Numbered from the stretch's first letter, positions 1 through 13,967 are shown. The stretch is 64,000 bases of DNA from Octopus vulgaris (GCA_951406725.2 OX597825.1:83638001-83702000), one strand, 5' to 3'. The notes: generated by a model not told the origin, from the sequence alone. A program made the numbers and translations.

Positions 1-546
1 TCCCCACTTTGGGTGCGCATGTTAGGAAGCTTGTTAGGAAGCAAGATACTTAATACACTGTTCCATTTCTACCTATATTATTCCCTTTCTATTTTGTTGT
101 TAATTGCCACAACTATCTTCAAAGGAATTCCAGCAAATATCATTGTCTTTCTTTTATGGTAATGGTATAGTTAGGTTGTGTCTCACCCGGGATAGCCCTT
201 CGACTTGCTGGCCTGTTCAGGACACTAAGCCTACACAGGTATACACAGCAGACCCAAAAGGGGGCTCCCATAAAAACGTCATTTGGGTTAAAACATCGCT
301 TCTCCCCTAGCACCGTTATATATATATATATATATAAATATATAAATAGATGAGTGCATTTTTACCTTGTTAACAGTTAACACGGAAAAAATAAATAAAT
401 AGTTACCAGGGTAGCAAAATTCTCACAAGTAAAGATGTTGTAACTCCTTGTTTATAAAGGTAGAAACGTCGTGTTTACGTGAAATATTTTCAATAATATA
501 TGAATAATTAAATGGAGTTTAACGCAGGTGTAAATCAAATATTTTT

Positions 547-632
547 ACTTTCGACACATGTTTCGAAAATTCCACTGATACTATTCAAAAGAATAAATGG
601 TATAAACAATGCAATCTTCTCTTCAGGAAAGT
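547..632 (-). ncRNA. Type I hammerhead ribozyme motif (inverted copy of 730-815)
   Basis: Reverse complement reads ACTTTC-CTGAAGA...GAAA-CATGTG-TC-GAAAGT. Confidence 0.75.
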
Positions 633-729
633 GAAAAAAACGGAATTAATATTAATAGCGTTCTGTCAATCGCTATACAAATCCATCATTTTTTGCTAAA
701 ATATCTTATTGACGAGTTTCGGTTTTATC

Positions 730-815
730 ACTTTCCTGAAGAGAAGATTGCATTGTTTATACCATTCATTCTTTTGAATAGTATCAGTGGAATTTTCGAA
801 ACATGTGTCGAAAGT
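730..815 (+). ncRNA. Type I hammerhead ribozyme motif
   Basis: ACTTTC-CTGAAGA-(stem II GAAGATT.CATTG...CAGTG.AATTTTC)-GAAA-CATGTG-TC-GAAAGT; stem I ACTTTC/GAAAGT is perfect; predicted cleavage after C809. Confidence 0.75.
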
Positions 816-876
816 AAAAATATTTGATTTACACCTGCGTTAAACTCCATTTATTTATTCATATATACATAAATAA

Positions 877-915
<39 letters not shown>

Positions 916-1578
916 TGTATGCATGTTTGTATGTAGTCATGTATGTATATATATGTGTGTGTGTTTTTTGTCCTATGGCTAAGCAACATCAGCAAGGAAG
1001 GACACATTAGATGACATAGTCCAAGATACACTATCCCTGAATAAATCACAAGGTAGTTACAATCGAAGCACGTTTCATCGTAGGTCAGTCGTGGCACAGT
1101 AAATCTAGGACTATATTTTCCAATGTATTATATTGCTATGTAATATACTAGTTCGTGACTACTATATACAATGCAGTTAGTTGATTCACAACACGTACGA
1201 ACCCACAAAAATGCAAAGGATATCGGCCCAAACAAACATAACTCCGCAAATGCAATGAATACTCGCCCCCGCAAATGCAAACCATGCAAAGGCAATTCCC
1301 ACACACATACAAAAGCGCAACCAATACAGGCCCTAACAAATGCTACACCTACACATCCATTCATACATACGTCATTTATACAAAATTACTAAGTTGAAGG
1401 AAAATCACTCCAACTCGGTCGAAAGCCCCATACAACCACGCTAAGATGGCGCCTAAATATATTTATATCCTCTAAGTGGAATCTTCCAATTCTCAAGTAT
1501 TTATCTTCCGAAGATTTCCGGCCTTGATGAAATATTTTGGTCTCGCTGCGTAAGGAACCATACAATACCGGCAATAGT

Positions 1579-1652
<74 letters not shown>

Positions 1653-1743
1653 GCACGCAACCATAGACATCGCATCTAGATATATATTTCACAAACATAT
1701 ATAGTTACAAACATGTATATTCAGAGATACATTTATGTATATA

Positions 1744-1808
<65 letters not shown>

Positions 1809-1934
1809 TATATACACATATATATATATATATACATATATATACACACACACACATATATGTATATGTATCCACAAAAACGTACTTTTGACTTCGCTTT
1901 TACATTTGCAGAAATCGATAGCCAGGTAAAATAT

Positions 1935-1968
<34 letters not shown>

Positions 1969-2460
1969 CTATACATGTACGTATGTACGTATATATATAT
2001 ATATGTCTGTGTGTGTGTGTGTGTGTGTGTGTGAGTGTGCGTGTTTTTGTGTATATATATGCATTTATTTACACATGTATGTATATGGGTATATAAGCAT
2101 GTATGTATATGTCTATGTATGTATGTGTGTTTGTGTACCAATTAATAATGTACCTAGTTATCGATTTATTCAACTGTTGTGTATATTTATCAAGGCATTT
2201 TTTCCCCTTACAATAATAAATATAGGCAAATACAAGTGTATACGTGTGTGCATGCGTGTATATGTGTATGTTTGTCTACATAGCACTATATTAATACTTT
2301 ATCTATGGAAAGAACTCATTATTTTGATTCCACCATTTGGTTTGGCGGGTTGAATAGCGTTGCCAAACTAGTGTTCTCGATTACGTCTCACAGCGATTCA
2401 ATACATATTATTCTCGCGGCGGCTTTATCAGCACACGCATTGACAGAGTATATACACATG

Positions 2461-2511
<51 letters not shown>

Positions 2512-2537
2512 TGCGTGTGTGCGTCTCTGTGTCGGTG

Positions 2538-2634
<97 letters not shown>

Positions 2635-2720
2635 GTATATATGTATATATGTATATATATATATATGTTTATGTGTGTGTTTGTGTGTGTATATATATAT
2701 ATATATATACACACACAGAG

Positions 2721-2787
<67 letters not shown>

Positions 2788-3253
2788 CGTGAGGTTCTAC
2801 GCTGACTCCTCTGATTTTACTCCAGCTATCGATCCAGACAACGAGTGATACTTAATGTAAATGTAAATGTTTGCTGATAGGGAAAGGGAAACATAATTGT
2901 GGAAAATGCGACAGATCTATATAAAGATTATCATGCAGGTTTATAGTAATGCTTTTCAGTATGAGAGTTTGAAGGGTTGAGGCGGGGGTGTCGAGAGAAA
3001 ATCAGTCCATTAGCGTTGAATTAAGAAGTGAAAACATTCCTTGCCATTAAAAAGGTTTACGTGTCATTTTTTCATGTAAATTTTTATCTCGAAAAACTAT
3101 TTCCGAATAAAAATAAAGACACATTTTAGAAATTTAGATATATTATAGCTAGTGTTGAATATTCTCTGTAATGAATATACACTAAAGCACCGTTGATTTT
3201 TAAATGAAAATAGAAAGCAGAAAATGCGACTGATATATCCAAAATACATATGC

Positions 3254-3314
<61 letters not shown>

Positions 3315-3664
3315 TCTATGTATATATAGAGAGAGATTAAAGATAGATATTCTCTGTATAGAATACACTTCGTAGTGCTCAAGAGATTAGAACTCGAACA
3401 GGTAAAGCAATAGAGGTAAGGACAAGCAAGTGAGTCAAGTCGAGATAAAAAAATGCTAAATAGTACATATGTATACACATAAAAGAAGTCCAATGCAGAG
3501 TGGAATTGATATAAAAAATTAAGGGGGATTGGGTATGGATTTTACAAGTCCAACAGCTATTCCTGGGGGGCTTTGTGGTGCAAAACAATGCTTGAAACTA
3601 GATTGCTTAGGGGAAGAAATTTACATTTGAGGTGTTGACAGAATGACAATTAAAGATATATATA

Positions 3665-3935
3665 TAGTGAGAATTTAGGAAACAACAAAAGATGAAGACG
3701 GGCGTGTAAATAACAAACATATGTATTTGTTTAACGCTCGGGAAGTGAGGAAGTCCTTTACGTTTCGAGCCTACCCTCTCCGACAGAAAGGAACACAGAA
3801 ATAAATAAGGAAAGAAAATTTTAAAATGGGTTAGAGGCTAGCGATCTATTATGGCGAATGCAGGACAAAGAGGTCACACAGGAGATCTAGGAAGGAGGGG
3901 AGGTAATAAAGTAGTGGTGTTCCCAAAACGAAGGA
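3665..3935 (-). mobile_element. PLE-like repeat with a mutated minimal HHR (3755-3791)
   Basis: RC: CCTTT-CTGTCGGA-GAG...CTC-GAAA-CGTA-AAGG; layout similar to the repeats at 12590 and 32785. Confidence 0.45.
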
Positions 3936-3999
3936 GCTCGTGTGTGTGTATGTAAGAGCGTGTATGTGCGTGTGGATTCTTCCCAGCACCTACACGCAC

Positions 4000-4174
4000 A
4001 TAGTGAGAAAAAGTTGTGGTGAAAGATTACAGCGTGATCGGCAACCACCCGCTGCTCATGGAGTTCTAGGTGTTTTCGCTCAGTAAACACGCACAACGCC
4101 ATGTCTGGGAATCGAAACAGCGTTCCTACGACCGCGAGTCCACTGCCCTAACTACTGGGCCATTGCGCTTCCAC
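4000..4174 (-). mobile_element. tRNA-head SINE family C, 5' part
   Basis: RC starts GTGGAAGCGCAATGGCCCAGTAGTTAGGGCAGTGGACTCGCGGTCGTAGG...GTTTCGATTCCC; homologous to 13591 and 35161. Confidence 0.8.
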
Positions 4175-4470
4175 GTAGGTGTATACATGTAGGTGGAACG
4201 TGGTCTGTAAATCATTGTATGAAATAGTAGTGTCATAGAGTGATTGCATCAGAGCGTGGTTATCTTTTGTTAGACGACGGAAAACGACAAAAAACGGCTT
4301 TTGTGTGCACCAAACGAAGTCAGAGAGCGCTGACAATACTGTGAGAAAAAGACAGAAGATCACAAAGGGAGTTTCAAATGTGCAAAAATAGTTCTAATGT
4401 TGATAGACAGCAAAGTAAGGGAATGTCGTGCAATGCATGGTGGCCATGTTTTTATATGAGCTGTTGGCAT

Positions 4471-4624
4471 TTACGTTCTAAGTTCGAATTCCACCGAGAT
4501 CGACTTTACCTTTCATCCTTTCAGGGTCGACAAATCAAGTACCAGTTGCGTACTGAGGTCGGTCTAATCGACTGGCCACCTCTCAAACAAATTTCGGGCC
4601 TTGTTCCTAGAGTAGAAAAAGAAT
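4471..4624 (+). mobile_element. SINE family B, 5'-truncated variant
   Basis: GTTCGAATTCCACCGAGATCGACTTTACCTTTCATCCTTTCAGGGTCGACAAATCAAGTACC matches the copy at 6488. Confidence 0.75.
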
Positions 4625-4795
4625 AGCTGTTGACATTCTTATATCTCTGATTTAGAAAACATACATAGAGATGTTTCACACACTCTCAAACACACTAAAA
4701 TATATACACACACGCACACACACTCACACACGCTCTCTTTCCTTCACTCTCTCCATTTCACTGTCTCTCTGTCTCTCTCTCTCTGTCTCTGTCAG

Positions 4796-4864
<69 letters not shown>

Positions 4865-4972
4865 GGGGCGGGATCTGTGTATGTAGGTATGTGCTTTATG
4901 GGTATGTTCGCTAATGATGTATGAATGCAAAATAACTTAAATAGGATAATAGACAATATATATGTGTGTATG

Positions 4973-5007
<35 letters not shown>

Positions 5008-5008
5008 G

Positions 5009-5064
<56 letters not shown>

Positions 5065-5288
5065 CATATATATATATACATTATGTGCATGCATAAACAT
5101 TTTAAATATATATATCACGAGTTCATTCTCATTAGACAGGTACAGATATATTAAATTGATGTAAAAAAAACACACACATATATACATACATGACTACATA
5201 CAAACATGCATACACCTATATATATATATTGTTTATATGTGTTATTTTAATGGACACCTTATTAAAACTTTATTCTTTTACACTCCTA

Positions 5289-5338
<50 letters not shown>

Positions 5339-5591
5339 ATAATAGATGTAAACATCAAACGTTATCGCATCCTTAATTATCTCTTAGAGTTTAGAAGCGT
5401 GCAGACGTTGCGGCATCAAGTTTTACACATCGAAAAATTTAGCTTGAAAATGAATCCGAATATCAGTGCCTTCACTTTCATAAACACATGTAACTTGCAT
5501 AAAGCATATCATTAGAAGAATCTAAACTACAAGCTTACATCCAACATCTTCACAGATGCCGTACTTTATTGAAAGATTTCAATACACACAA

Positions 5592-5648
<57 letters not shown>

Positions 5649-5757
5649 CGTTTGTGTGCATTTATGTGTTTACATGTGCATGCATACACTCACCCACACT
5701 TATATATATGCATGTATTTATGCTGTGTATATATATATATATTACTATTTATATATA

Positions 5758-5806
<49 letters not shown>

Positions 5807-5882
5807 TGTATATGTATGAATGTGTGTATATGTGTGTATATATGCACGTAATTTTTATGTGTCTATGTATGTATACAGGTAC

Positions 5883-5934
<52 letters not shown>

Positions 5935-6487
5935 ATATATATATTATATTTGCGTGCATGAATATACATATAAATATTATATACATATATACATACATAC
6001 ATATGTGTGTGTGTGTGTACCTACATATATATGCATATATGCATATATACATGTATGTATGTATGTATATATGTATGCATGTATGTATGTATGCATGTAT
6101 GAATGCATGTGTTGAGGTTGGTGCATTGATGTCTTATGTTATATTCTTTTGCTGGTTTCAGCTTCTATCTTTAAGAGTGGTGTACCGAACGACTTATGGA
6201 AAACATCTCAATTAATGGAAGTTTCTCGCTTTAAATAAAAGAAACAAATATTTACTGATAAAGTTTAGCGATTCACAAAAGGCGTGATAATTCTATGAAA
6301 TTATAAACTTACATGCTTGAAGCCTTAAAACCCAGTTAAAATATCAACCAGCTCTCAGTGGACTGTATTACACAGATAAGATCGAATTAGTGAGATATGT
6401 CCATAGGTTATCTAGTATTTTATGTTTAATGTTTTCTTTAATGTTCAGATGGAAGTGGCTAAGCAGGGAGGTCGGATGATTTCTAAA

Positions 6488-6705
6488 GGCGAGCTGGCAG
6501 AATCGTTAGCACACCGGGCCAAATTCTTAGCGGTATTTCCTCTGCCGTTACGTTCTAAGTTCAAATTCCGCCGAGGTCGACTTTGCCTTTCATCCTTTCG
6601 GGGTCGATAAATTAAGTACCCGTTACGTACTAGGGTCGATATAATCGACTTAATCCTTGTTTGTCCCTTCTGTGTTTAGCCCCTAGTGGGTAGTAAAGAA
6701 ATAGG
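6488..6705 (+). mobile_element. tRNA-head SINE family B (reminiscent of octopus OR-type SINEs)
   Basis: GGCGAGCTGGCAGAATCGTTAG (A-box-like) ... GTTCAAATTCC (B-box-like); further copies at 9306, 43870 and 63902. Confidence 0.85.
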
Positions 6706-7383
6706 TTGATTTCTAAATCTATTAGAGGCCCTATCGTTTATTCATCAAAATACCATCATCCCCGTAGAGCTCTCTAGTGACTGATGGTCATTTTGCGAGT
6801 GTGGTTTGTCGAGAAGAAATATGGTCATCAGGTCACGTGCCTGGATGGTGTCAATGTCCCCAATTTCGATATCAGAGTTTCTATTCCATTTAAAATTTTT
6901 TGTTTTGTTTTCCTTTTTCTTTGACCAAGTCTCACTGAACCATACTACTGGGTAATAACTGAAACCAATTATAGACTTCCATTCTGGATATAGGGGTTTT
7001 GTGCTTTTCTTTAGTCTCAGAAGAATCTTAATGGAACAGCGCTATGGTTAGAGGTTTATCGAGTTCTTTCTTTCCCAGCTATTATTTACAAACAATATAC
7101 CTAGGAGTACGGCATATAAATATGAGATATAAATCACCTCCAATCAATAACCATTCTTCATTTTGACCTAATATTTCCACAAGTGCATTATCGAATGCAA
7201 CGTTTCATTTGATAAGATTGCTATCAAATGTGGCAGCCACGTAGAAATGTCCCCGTTGTCTAGTAACTTTTAAAATAAGTACAAAAAAGCGAAGGGAATT
7301 ACTGGGAAAACGAAAGTAATATGTATATGTGTTTGTGTCTGTGTGTGTGTTTGTGTTTGTGTTTGTGTGTATATGTTTGTGTT

Positions 7384-7420
<37 letters not shown>

Positions 7421-7599
7421 GTATGTATGCATATATACGTTGTGAAATTACTGAGAAATGGGAGAGAATCTTTTCTATTCATTTTTCTTGTGGAGAAATT
7501 CTTATCAAAGACTGAAAGAAGCATATACCTGTGTATGTGTGCGTGTGTGTGCGTATGCATGTTTAAGTGTGTGTGTGTATGTATACACACAAACACACT

Positions 7600-8055
7600 A
7601 GGGGGGGGGGGGGTCATCAAAGGTTTCCCCTGACCCATTTTCGGTTATTGTAGGAAGCGGAACTTGTACAGGTGTAATCATACATGTCTCTACATGTCAC
7701 ATTTTAAATAGCAGCTTTCCACTAGTATTTGTTTGTCTTTTACGGCTGCTGAAGTGGACTAAAGTGTTTATAATGGAGACAGTTGAATGCAGATCAGTGA
7801 TCAGGTTCTTATACTTGAAAGGTCGTACACCAAAAGAGACTTTCGATGAGATGAAAGAAGTTTATGGTGACGATGCACCATCATACGACGTAGTCAAGCA
7901 ATGGCATCGCCAGTTCAGATGTGGTGGATATCGGTGGAAACTGGACCACCACTTTCCACCATTGATGATGACACTATCCATAAAGTGGAATCCGCCATTG
8001 TGGAGGATCGTCACATAACTTTTCGGCAACAAAGTAACTGCAGAGTCCGTGAAAA
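7600..8055 (+). mobile_element. Mariner transposon 5' remnant (N-terminal HTH of transposase, frameshifted)
   Basis: ORF 7764-8018 RSVIRFLYLKGRTPKETFDEMKEVYGDDAPSYDVVKQWHRQF, then IHKVESAIVEDRHITFRQ in another frame. Confidence 0.85.
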
Positions 8056-8090
8056 ATTATATATGTATGTATATATATATGTATAGTATT

Positions 8091-8138
<48 letters not shown>

Positions 8139-8407
8139 AAAGGGGACAAGAACGTAAAACATCTAGATAGACGATACAAAAAACACGGACGGGTCATTCG
8201 AAGCCTTTAATCTTCAGTCAAGAACCTGATCATCCTCACAATTTCGGCTGATTAATCTTGAGATTGCTCCAATCTGGCCAGCCTCAATAAAAAACTAAGC
8301 TAAGAGCATTAGATTCCTTGGACAAAAGCTTCGAATGTAAACGAAACAAGGACGGAAAAAGGACGATGTTACACGAGTATAAATACAAAAATAATACAAA
8401 AAAACTA

Positions 8408-8451
<44 letters not shown>

Positions 8452-9191
8452 AAACGTAGCTAAGATTCTTCCTGAGCCTGTGACCCATAAAACTGGTTTC
8501 TTGTATTACGTGAGAGTAATGAATGAGTTGAGAGAGATTTAGCTGCTATTACTACGGGATTCAACAATGATAGAATCTTCTTCATTGACATCAATCCGAA
8601 GAAGAGCTCACTAATGGATTGTCCTTACGTTCTCAATCTATCTACTTCTTCGTTCCACTCTCTCTCAGAAACGCCTTGTTTCTTACTCTACCCCTCACTC
8701 TATCTCCCTTACTCCATATCTATCTATCTGTCTATTTATCTATATATCTGTCTGTCTATCACACTGCCTCTCTATCTATGTCTCTGTTTATCTATATGTC
8801 TATATGTCTATTTATCAATCATCCTGCCTATTTATCAAATCATTTCTGCCAAATAACTTTCGTTATATTACAGTACATTAAATTCAACTTTGTCAATTGT
8901 ATACCATATAGATTAAACGTAATGGAACTCGTTCGAGAAGAAAATATTCAAGTTATAACATGTCGAAGTGTCTTGGGAGCAATTTCATCTGCACAAGTTA
9001 AATAACAGGAATTATTAGAAAACATAACTCAGTAGTGTCATCTGGAATAATTCCAGGAATGATTATTTCTACCATAATTAGAAAGACAAGTAAACAGTAA
9101 AACAAAGAGAAAAACAAAGCAACTCACACGTAGGGAACAGACAAAAACATCTTTATTATCATCCTAATTTATATATGTATATATAGAAAAT

Positions 9192-9239
<48 letters not shown>

Positions 9240-9305
9240 TGTATGTGTAGGTATGTACGTATATGTATATATAAATATATATATATATATATACATTGAT
9301 ATATA

Positions 9306-9529
9306 TATTTCTTTACTACCCACAAGGGGCTAAACATAGAGGGTACAAACAAGGACAGACAAACGGATTAAGTCGATCACATCGACCCCAATGCGTAACT
9401 GGTACTTAATTTATCGACCCCGAAAGGATGGAAGGGAAAGTCGACCTCGGCGGAATTTGAACCCAGAACATAACGGCAGACGAAATACGGCCACGCATTT
9501 CGCCGGGCGTGCTAACGTTTCTGGCAGCG
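9306..9529 (-). mobile_element. SINE family B
   Basis: Reverse complement matches 6488-6705. Confidence 0.85.
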
Positions 9530-10025
<496 letters not shown>

Positions 10026-10711
10026 TGTGGGGGTGGGGTGGGGAATTGTCGAATTGTTCGATATACATACATACATACATGCATGTGTGTATATATATAT
10101 ATATATATACATATATATATACACCCACAAAACTATATCTGCATATATATTCATTTTTATGATTATTCTTCCTTCGGCTTTAATGATTGAAATGCGTTCA
10201 ATTTGGACCCCACTTTCTAAGATTACTCAAGAGATCGTATCGAGGATTCCCGTATTTAATTTGGTCTGCTACATATAAACGATCACTTTTTACTAATCAT
10301 TAATTACGTTTTACTTTTTCTTTTTTTTTTCCTTTTCGCACATAAACGACTTCATATCATGCACCGGTTTAAACCGTTAAACATAATCACAAATACAGAC
10401 ACCCATACATACTTCATTCAGTATCTATTTATCTACATACGCATCTGTTACGGTAAGGGTGAATGTAATATACGCGAGATAGGATCGAACGTGAAAACCA
10501 TTAGCTGCAAACTAAACATCTTAAACACATGGCTACGCAAAGCACTTGCATTAATGCAAATATGCAATAATATTTTATTTCAATAGTTAATAAATTCCCT
10601 AAACGCCAGTTTCGTATTTACAAATTTATTTCCACGAACTTTACAGATGCAATTTCATATTTCAATATATCTATTGTAAAAGTAGAGCATAAAAGTATTT
10701 GGAGTGGAAAT

Positions 10712-10757
10712 ACATCATCAGCATCACTATCATCATCATCATCATCATCATCATCAC

Positions 10758-10835
<78 letters not shown>
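10712..10835. repeat. (CAT)n(TAT)n compound microsatellite
   Basis: Read directly from sequence. Confidence 0.95.
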
Positions 10836-10836
<1 letters not shown>

Positions 10837-11359
10837 GGAGTAAAGGAAATTACAATTTTTGTACGCAAAGTAATATTTATGATGAGAAAATAGAAGTAAA
10901 TAATAATCGGTTTCTGAAAGAATTATGGTGTGGGAATTTAAACATAAGGTGAAGTAATTACTAAGTCAGTTTGAATGGGGTGGGGAGAGGAGGGAATGTC
11001 AAACATCTTACCAACTTTTAAAGATAGGTAACTTTTCTATAGATAATATATAAGAAATAAATTGCTATATATGGTGAATATTGTTGTCGTTGATGTTTTA
11101 ACCCCACCAAGCATGTTTAATTCACGTGAAGCAGACATATGATCAAAGATATTCCATTTGTGACCGTCTCGTCAATTGAGAGTATTTTTGCAACAAGTGG
11201 GTCGAATGCATAGAAGGACCGAAGGTAAGAGAAACCATATAATAAAAGCACAAACAAACGGAAAATAGACACAGAAGACACCCAACTCCCCATCAGTTAT
11301 CAGCGTGAAGGTCAAACGCAATTTCGCATCTTTAACGATGATATTGGTCCCTTCTATAA

Positions 11360-11500
11360 ATATAAGTAAATAAACAGAGTCGAACGCAGATGCTATTCAA
11401 ATTCTTTTACATTTGACATATGTTTCGAAGACAACATTGGTTTTATTCCAACATATGTTTTATTCGAAACGTATGTCGAAGCTATTTATTCACTTATATA
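11360..11500. mobile_element. Internally deleted relative of the 497-865 inverted-repeat element
   Basis: AACGCAGATGCTATTCAAATTCTTTTACATTTGACATATGTTTCGAA aligns to 520-566; right remnant TTCGAAACGTATGTCGAA. Confidence 0.65.
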
Positions 11501-12589
11501 TATATATATCACTTAGACATTGCGATACTAAAGACTTAATGTAGAATCAATATAGATGTACCCAGGGACCAAACGTTGGTCGAGTATAGACAGGTAGTAA
11601 GAAATTACGGTGGTAAAGGAATAAACAATTATGTAATCAAATTCATTGGCCCACAGGTCTTTCTGCAATACGATGCTGTGAGCCTATATTTGAGTACATG
11701 AGTATTAAATCATAGCTTCATCGGGCCTTCAAATATAAAATGCAATTCACTTGCGAAAGCATTTCCATTGAGGCACTTCACGACTGAAGCGCATATGAAG
11801 CTATAAAGTGATAATAAGGCACACAACCCTGTGTTCGCCGCATCTTATTGCGGAAACACATGTGAGCCAATGTAGTTCACGAATTAAACTTTATTTATTT
11901 TTAACGCCAGTATATTTTATGTACGTATGTGTGTGCGCGTTCATGCATGTGTGTGTATCTGTGTGTGTGTGTCTTGCATTGAGTTCATTACTGTAACTCA
12001 CCCTACTCTGTTGTTGTGTAACTTAAAAGTCATTGGATAACTTACTGGAGAACATGAGAAAGCATTCTAGTTTGTAATATGTCGACGATATATTTGGACC
12101 AGTGACCAAATATAACCGAATATATAAATAAAGATTCCTCCTCTTAGGAATTCGGACAAAAATTTCCATGTGTCTTGGGAACTATTTCATCTGCACAACT
12201 TAAACAGCAAAAATTATTACAAAATATTACTCAGCAATGTCATCTGGAAAATTTCCAGAAATAATTATTTCTGTCAAAATTAGGAATATAAATGAAGACA
12301 AAACGAAAGAAAACAAAGCCTCTTGGAAGCAAGAAACAGACACAAACATCGTCTTTCTTGAAGATCCTAATTTATGCGTCCATTTTAACATTAGTAAAAA
12401 CAATACAAACAACATCATCACAAACTATTCCAAATTTGATTTGTGTGTGAGCGTGTGCGTCTGTGTGCATTTGTGTGTATGTATTTATGTATGTATCGAT
12501 GTATGTATGTGTATATATGTGTATATGTATATGTAATGTAATAAGAGATAAACATGTGATCTCTTGAGCAACACCAGCAAAAATATTTT

Positions 12590-12770
12590 TTCCCTCTGTC
12601 TTCCCTTCTCGGGATCTTTCCTTTTCCTTGTTTCCGACGAAGAGCTCCGCTCGAAACGTTAAACCCTCCTTCCCTTCTTTCCTGAGCGTCAAATAATACT
12701 TTAATTGTTCCACGTCCTCGCGTTGCTGTGTTTTTTTCTGTGTTTTCTTGTTTGGATTAACTATATGTAT
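12590..12770 (+). mobile_element. PLE-like short repeat with a minimal HHR (12630-12664; core U4>C)
   Basis: GTTT-CCGACGA-AGAGCTCCGCTC-GAAA-CGTT-AAAC; close homolog at 32785-32980 (-). Confidence 0.65.
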
Positions 12771-12916
12771 ATGTATGTACATGTGTATATGTATATGTCT
12801 GTATAAGTATGAATATATATACATATATATACATATATATATATGTATATGTATATATACACATATATATATATGTACACACACACACACTTATATATAT
12901 ATAGATATATATATAT

Positions 12917-13024
<108 letters not shown>

Positions 13025-13471
13025 GTGTCTGTAAACATTGACCATTCAAAATTGTTGTGCGTTTCCGATTTTCAAGCGACTGCCCTAGACTCAGCTTTGA
13101 TTAATAAAGAAATTATATTCCACGTTGTCTTTCAGTATTCAAATTATTTTATTTGACCGTCTTACTCGTGTGATAGGAAACAACATGTAATTTATGCAGT
13201 GAGCAAAAGAGTGTCTGAGCGCGTTCATATGTGATTGTGTTTCTATCCATAAATTCGTTAACATTTGTGATGTGTGTACAAATAACTCCACCCGTTAAAA
13301 GCCACCGCTTACGGAATGAGGATAACGACGTAGCTTTCGCACCCGTGCAACCGCCAGTCTATCGCGTGTGGTGGGTGGATCTCCAAGTTGCCACACGCAT
13401 TCTAAGCAGCTTAGAGTAGGCTCGAATTAGAGATTATTCTTTGTAGCTAATGGCGGGAGTCCTGATTGGAG

Positions 13472-13577
13472 AGAAGAAGAAGAAGAAGAAGAAGAAGAAG
13501 AAGAAGAAGAAGAAGAAGAAGAAGAAGAAGAAGAAGAAGAAGAAGAAGAAGAAGAAGAAGAAGAAGAAGAAGAAGAA
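13472..13577. repeat. (GAA)n microsatellite
   Basis: Read directly from sequence. Confidence 0.95.
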
Positions 13578-13590
13578 ATCAGCAGCAAAT

Positions 13591-13967
13591 GTCGGGGTGC
13601 AATGGACCAGACATTAGGGTAGTGGACTCGCGGTCGTAGGATCGCGGTTTCGATTCCCAGACCGGTCGTTATGAATGTCTATTGAGCGAAAACACCTAAA
13701 GCTCCCAGAGGCTCCGGCAAGGGGTGGTGGCTAACCCTGCTGTATTCTTTCACCACAACCTTATCTCTCACTCTTTCTTTCTGTTGTACCTGTATTTTCA
13801 AAGTTCCAGCCTTGTCACACTCTGTGTCATGCTGAATCTCCCCAAGAACTACGTTATTGCTACACGATTCTGTGGAATACGCAGCCACTTGCACGTTAAT
13901 TTCACGAGCAGGCTGTTCCGCTCATCGGTTCAACCGCAACCCTCCTCGTTGTAACCGACGGAGTGCC
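13591..13967 (+). mobile_element. SINE family C, near full length
   Basis: tRNA-like head (GGTTTCGATTCCC B-box); tail ...GTAACCGACGGAGTGCC is also seen at ~55400-55562. Confidence 0.8.

Larger units (their letters stand above)
497..865. mobile_element. Inverted-repeat element (arms 497-645 / 717-865) carrying a hammerhead motif in each arm; probably Penelope-like element (PLE) derived
   Basis: Arms of ~149 bp are near-perfect reverse complements with a 71-bp spacer; TA-rich microsatellite follows on the right. Confidence 0.8.

Noticed and set aside
296-305. ATCGCTTCTC, identical to the U2 snRNA start
   Set aside because: Only 10 nt match and the sequence diverges immediately; compatible with chance
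6488-6575. tRNA-like A/B boxes in SINE heads as tRNA genes
   Set aside because: No complete cloverleaf; each continues into a SINE body
8190-8265. Minus-strand GAAA...CTGAAGA pair in a repeat between TA tracts
   Set aside because: Cannot be folded into type I, II or III hammerhead stems
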